The notes under the pieces: model-generated
The model's database searches: none
Told to the model about the DNA's origin: nothing
Seen by the model: only the letters and a program-made list of their open reading frames with translations
Assembly (NCBI GenBank): GCA_001600815.1
Contig: BCKZ01000015.1
Span: forward strand, 310,001 to 374,000
Direction: 5' to 3'
Origin: Alloascoidea hylecoeti
Taxonomy: Eukaryota
Length of the DNA stretch: 64,000 bases
Shown here: piece after piece, positions 59,993-64,000 of the stretch
How positions within the stretch are numbered: the stretch's first letter is position 1
How the letters are laid out: every line of letters starts with the position of its first letter
Position numbers and translations under genes: made by a program

Positions 59993-62493
59993 ATTAAGTA
60001 ATGGTTCTTATAAATGTATTAGGAAAATGTTATTATTGTCAAAAGACACAAAAATAAATAACACTATATTAAAGCCAGTTAGAAACCTACTCGTTAGGTG
60101 ATATAATTTATATAAACCCTGCTCAGGTTAAAGAATAAAATGACACAAGTGAGGAGTAAAAGGATTTCATTAATATTACTTTCATGTGTAATCACGCTTA
60201 ATTAATGTGTTCAATTCTTTGTTAAGATTTTTAGTATCAAATTATATGTTAACCAATACATACCTATCAATACATCCTATGCAATGCTTTTGGAAAATTT
60301 AAACTTTAATTTTATATAATTACCATTCTACTATTTCTAGTTATTGTTAAAATTAGTAATTTATTTAATATATTAATAAGAGTGTGAAAGATCTGAACAA
60401 AGATGATCGAGGTGAAACATACGAGGACCTACCCGTAGAGATTGAGGGACGGATTTATGAAAGCTTTTAGCTGCAGCTATAAAAGGGGATAATCGTGAGG
60501 TTACTGAGGTACAACCTGCAGGGTGATTAAAAAGGGATAAAAAGTATATAGCCAGACTGTTATCAAGTTCAAAATTGCTTTTACGTTCATCAGAAAAAAA
60601 CTACTACTAGTATTCAATATAGTGTTATTGTACTTATCAACTGAGTTACTTGTACCACATAAGCATAATAAGCCGAATCAAATTCAAATATAGCTATTTA
60701 AGATTTACGGCAACTCCACATTTTTGGTGTTGACTACAATTATGATCGATCAATGGAAGCATTTACTCATCAAACGGGAAGTTTGATAACCATTTTAGTT
60801 GAATTTTTACCACTCTTTATATAACACAGTTTCCAGTAAAATATGAAGACATTCCTTTTTCCGATATTCCACAAATCTCATCGAGATCCAAACCTATAGA
60901 AACAGATCTGATTTAAAATTTCCACCACTAATACTATAATATACCTTGCTCGAATTATAGAAATATATGAGATATAGGCTTATATAATTTCCTGTAACTC
61001 TTTTATACTTTAGCTTCAATATTGAATACTAAGCTCCTGACTTTAAATATTAGTAGCAGTTGATTGCCAAAAAGTATCTCAAATACTAATACTCAAGCAC
61101 TATATTTTTAAATGTAGGCACATAGGCTTATTGTAAGTTATACAAGATGCAATATCTGCTAATTGTTGTGGATTTTCTTCCTCTATCAACTTGGGATATT
61201 CGTATTTATTTCACCTTTCACATAATTTCAATTAACACTTCTAACTAGAAACTATCTAATTGAGGAAATCACTCATAGAGTGAAAACCCTCTAAAATCTG
61301 CATATTAAATCTTCATATAAAAAATTTCTTCCTTTTCTGACAAGACTATCTAACCACCATCAATTTTTTTTTCTCATGGATTCACATATTAAAATTCCCC
61401 AGACCCTACATATATTATACTCTTTCTTAATTCCAATCCTTTTTCTATAAATTGGCTGTTCTTTTCTATATTGTCAATGCATCGATTCTTGGCTTGTCAG
61501 ATCCTAGCATCTTTCTCTTCAGTATTCTTATGGTCATATATATATATATATATATACTTACATAAACTACACTTTGTGCCACAACATCTTTGCGATTCTG
61601 ATTAGATCATATAGACAACATATCCTAAGCTAAACAAATAAATCTATTGTGTTTCCTCTGGGTTCTTCTTGTATGCATTCTTCAATATATTTCACCAATT
61701 CTTCTACTCTTCATTTTCGAATTCTGGGTATTCCATCATCTATTCGGTTATAGAATTATTTTAGCTTCTCGTACATCATTTGACTGACAGATTTTAAGGA
61801 CAGTTTGGTGGTTTCTTTGGAATCTAAATCCTTCATGTTTTTCATTGTTCTTTTTGGAACAGGATCTTTAATAAACTTATTCGTTTCTTTCTTCATAATT
61901 GGATTCTTAGTATCCATCATACCTATATTTTTTTCGGTAGTACTCCATGACTTCAATATTGTATCGATCTCCCGTTGGGGTATTTATTTTCTTTATTTGT
62001 ATTGTGTATTGGAATCATAATTAAATTTGGGATCAACATTGACTATTGAGTCCTCTGTTAAAATGTTAACGCTGTGAAAGCTCATATGATACTTGTAAAT
62101 TTTTACTTTTTCTCTCTTGTTTTTTTTTTGATTGTTGCATGTTACCTTTTCAGATACTTAGATAATAATATACACCAGTGAATATCTGATAATATATAAC
62201 ATTTTTGGTGATGTTCCAGCGTATAAGATCTTTACTATAATGTTTAAATTAGCCCTTCTAGATGGATGCAGGACCGGGCACTAGGTATTAATTATATAAA
62301 GCGCTATATATAGCTATAAAATTAATTATAGCCATTAAAAATAGGAACGTAAAATAACAGTAAAATGGCCAAAGTTTATATATTTATACCATAAACGTTA
62401 TCATACTTCTAAATACAATAAATGATATCGCAAGGGGTTGAATGAAAGAACAATTTGAATTATATAATGGTGTCTCACAAGCTCTTATAGAGA

Positions 62494-62594
62494 CTCCTGG
62501 TGGCCCAGTTGGCTAAGGCGCGAGACTGTAATGGATTCTGTCAAAGAAGTAAAAGTTGATCTTGAGATCGGGTGTTCGATTCACCCCCAGGAGA
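62494..62594 (+). tRNA. tRNA-Tyr(GTA) with a 27-nt intron (62532-62558)
   Basis: Acceptor stem CTCCTGG/CCAGGAG+A, A-box TGGCCCAGTTGG, anticodon arm CGAGA-CTGTAA^A-TCTTG, T-loop GTTCGATTC, and a T-run terminator at 62596. Confidence 0.95.
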
Positions 62595-63438
62595 ATTTTT
62601 TCACATTCATTTTGCCAAAAATAAAAATCTTGGAAAAAAAAAACAATCAAATGGTAAGTTAGACAAATGTATGAAGATTCTCGGTTTATAAAACACATAA
62701 TAAGCCTTACTGTAGAGGTAATATGGAATATACGGGTCCTTAGACGCTTTAGTTTCTATTGATTTAACATTGGAGTCCTCTTCAGTTTGCCAAAATGGAA
62801 AACGTAAATTAATTCTGGAATACAAATAAAGTATCATATTAGATATGATATCAGACTTGGTTTTACCGCACAGGTATTTAAACCTTTGTTATATAAACTT
62901 ATTCAATAATTCTTTTTATCCTCTTATAGATTAGCAAGTATAATTTATAATAAAATGATTAGGTAAAAAAAACTAGTAAGGATTCCTTCAAAAAATCAAT
63001 TGAAATTATAAATTCAATCAATGTAAAATAAAGATGATTATAATAATATTTGAACATTTTATGGGAAAAGATTATCGATTAAATGAAATGATTTGTGATT
63101 CCACAAGATACACAAATGAATTAATTCAAATCAACAATATAAGAAAAGCAATTAGAAACCTAAGAAACAAAAGAAGATTTGGAACGACCACATTAGAGTC
63201 GACAAACAAAGAACTTTTAACTGCAGTGAAAGCTGACGTTAAAAGAAGAGTAACGCTTGGATTTAGATTTATAAAATATGTATGTATAATTATTCTGAGA
63301 TGTACGCACATATGTGTATATTTGAGTATCCAAATTTTAAAAAATGTTTCACCTCCACCAACAAAAGTAGTGACGTTGCTCATCTACCATCACCGAAACG
63401 TTTAATTATATCACGAAGGGGAATTCTTTTTGTTTGCG

Positions 63439-64000
63439 ATGCTGGGAAAAGTAAATTGTATCGAGAGGGCTGCAACGGCTACTTCTAATGCTACTGTCAA
63501 TGGAATCTCCAGATTAGTACAGATCAATCAAGTTCGGTTTAAAGGAAGCAGAAGTGTGGCTTATCCCGCAAGAGGGATGAGATTCCGAACATATTCCCCA
63601 TCCGAGCGTAAATACAAATCTTTAATGCGATTGCAAATGAAAGACTGGCTAGGCCCTAAGAACTACAAGGGAGAATATTTACATAATATATACTATGCTC
63701 CACCAAAACATCACCAGCCCAATTATATCAATGATAGACTCGGAGCTAATGTTCTTTTGAAGAAAGATAAAAAGGGGAATATCGTTAGTGATCCGCGAGA
63801 ATCTGATGGCCGCAAACCCTCGTTTAATCGATCTAATCTTAGTCCCTTCCCAAATAATCCAGCCACAGTCACAAATAAAGTGATTGAAGAAAGTCTAAAG
63901 GAAACAGTGATAAATGATATGAAAAGAGGAATTAGTTTAATGGATATCAGTATAAATACTGGTATAAAGATTCCTAGATTACAAGGATTATTGAAATTAG
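63439..64000 (+). CDS. MRPS35: Mitochondrial small-subunit ribosomal protein mS45, runs off the window
   Basis: Open frame from ATG 63439 to the end: MLGK..QVRFKGSRSVAYP..WLGPKNYKGEY..PFPNNP..TN..GIKIPRLQGLLKL. Missing from the ORF track because it has no stop in the window. Confidence 0.8.
   Translation, partial: MLGKVNCIERAATATSNATVNGISRLVQINQVRFKGSRSVAYPARGMRFRTYSPSERKYKSLMRLQMKDWLGPKNYKGEYLHNIYYAPPKHHQPNYINDRLGANVLLKKDKKGNIVSDPRESDGRKPSFNRSNLSPFPNNPATVTNKVIEESLKETVINDMKRGISLMDISINTGIKIPRLQGLLKL

Noticed and set aside
63034..63405. 123-aa ORF upstream of MRPS35
   Set aside because: No recognisable motif, low-complexity AT-rich sequence, and it overlaps the likely MRPS35 promoter.
1..64000. 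CRISPR arrays, rRNA genes, intact transposons or prokaryotic islands
   Set aside because: None seen; the sequence is eukaryotic and every transposase trace is disrupted.

Overview
AT-rich, intron-poor eukaryotic DNA that looks like an early-diverging budding yeast (Saccharomycotina). Introns carry GTATGT/GTAAGT donors and CTAAC-type branch points, and CTG aligns with conserved Leu, so the standard code is likely. About 20 protein genes can be supported: KGD2 (partial), an orphan ORF, a DHA1 MFS transporter, a DUF2470 protein, a B-type cyclin, ASR1 plus a RING-only duplicate, RDS3, SYT1, an RBM42-like protein, a G1 cyclin, a mitochondrial membrane protein, a ZZZ3/Ahc2-like protein, a copper amine oxidase, two GAP1-like permeases, a PX/PH-less phospholipase D, MBF1, an OCRL-like 5-phosphatase, a GPI wall protein, an alkenal reductase and MRPS35 (partial). 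There is also an intron-containing tRNA-Tyr. The most unusual part is ~25.1-35.5 kb, which has no intact gene. It holds a degenerate inverted repeat (two ~1.45 kb arms around a ~1.3 kb core) nested inside an outer inverted pair of pogo-type transposase relics, plus a Tc1 relic and a frameshifted CDC28/CDK1 pseudogene that diverges from the G1 cyclin. This resembles inverted-repeat regional centromeres, but that is an inference. All alignments and family calls were made by eye; no searches were run.
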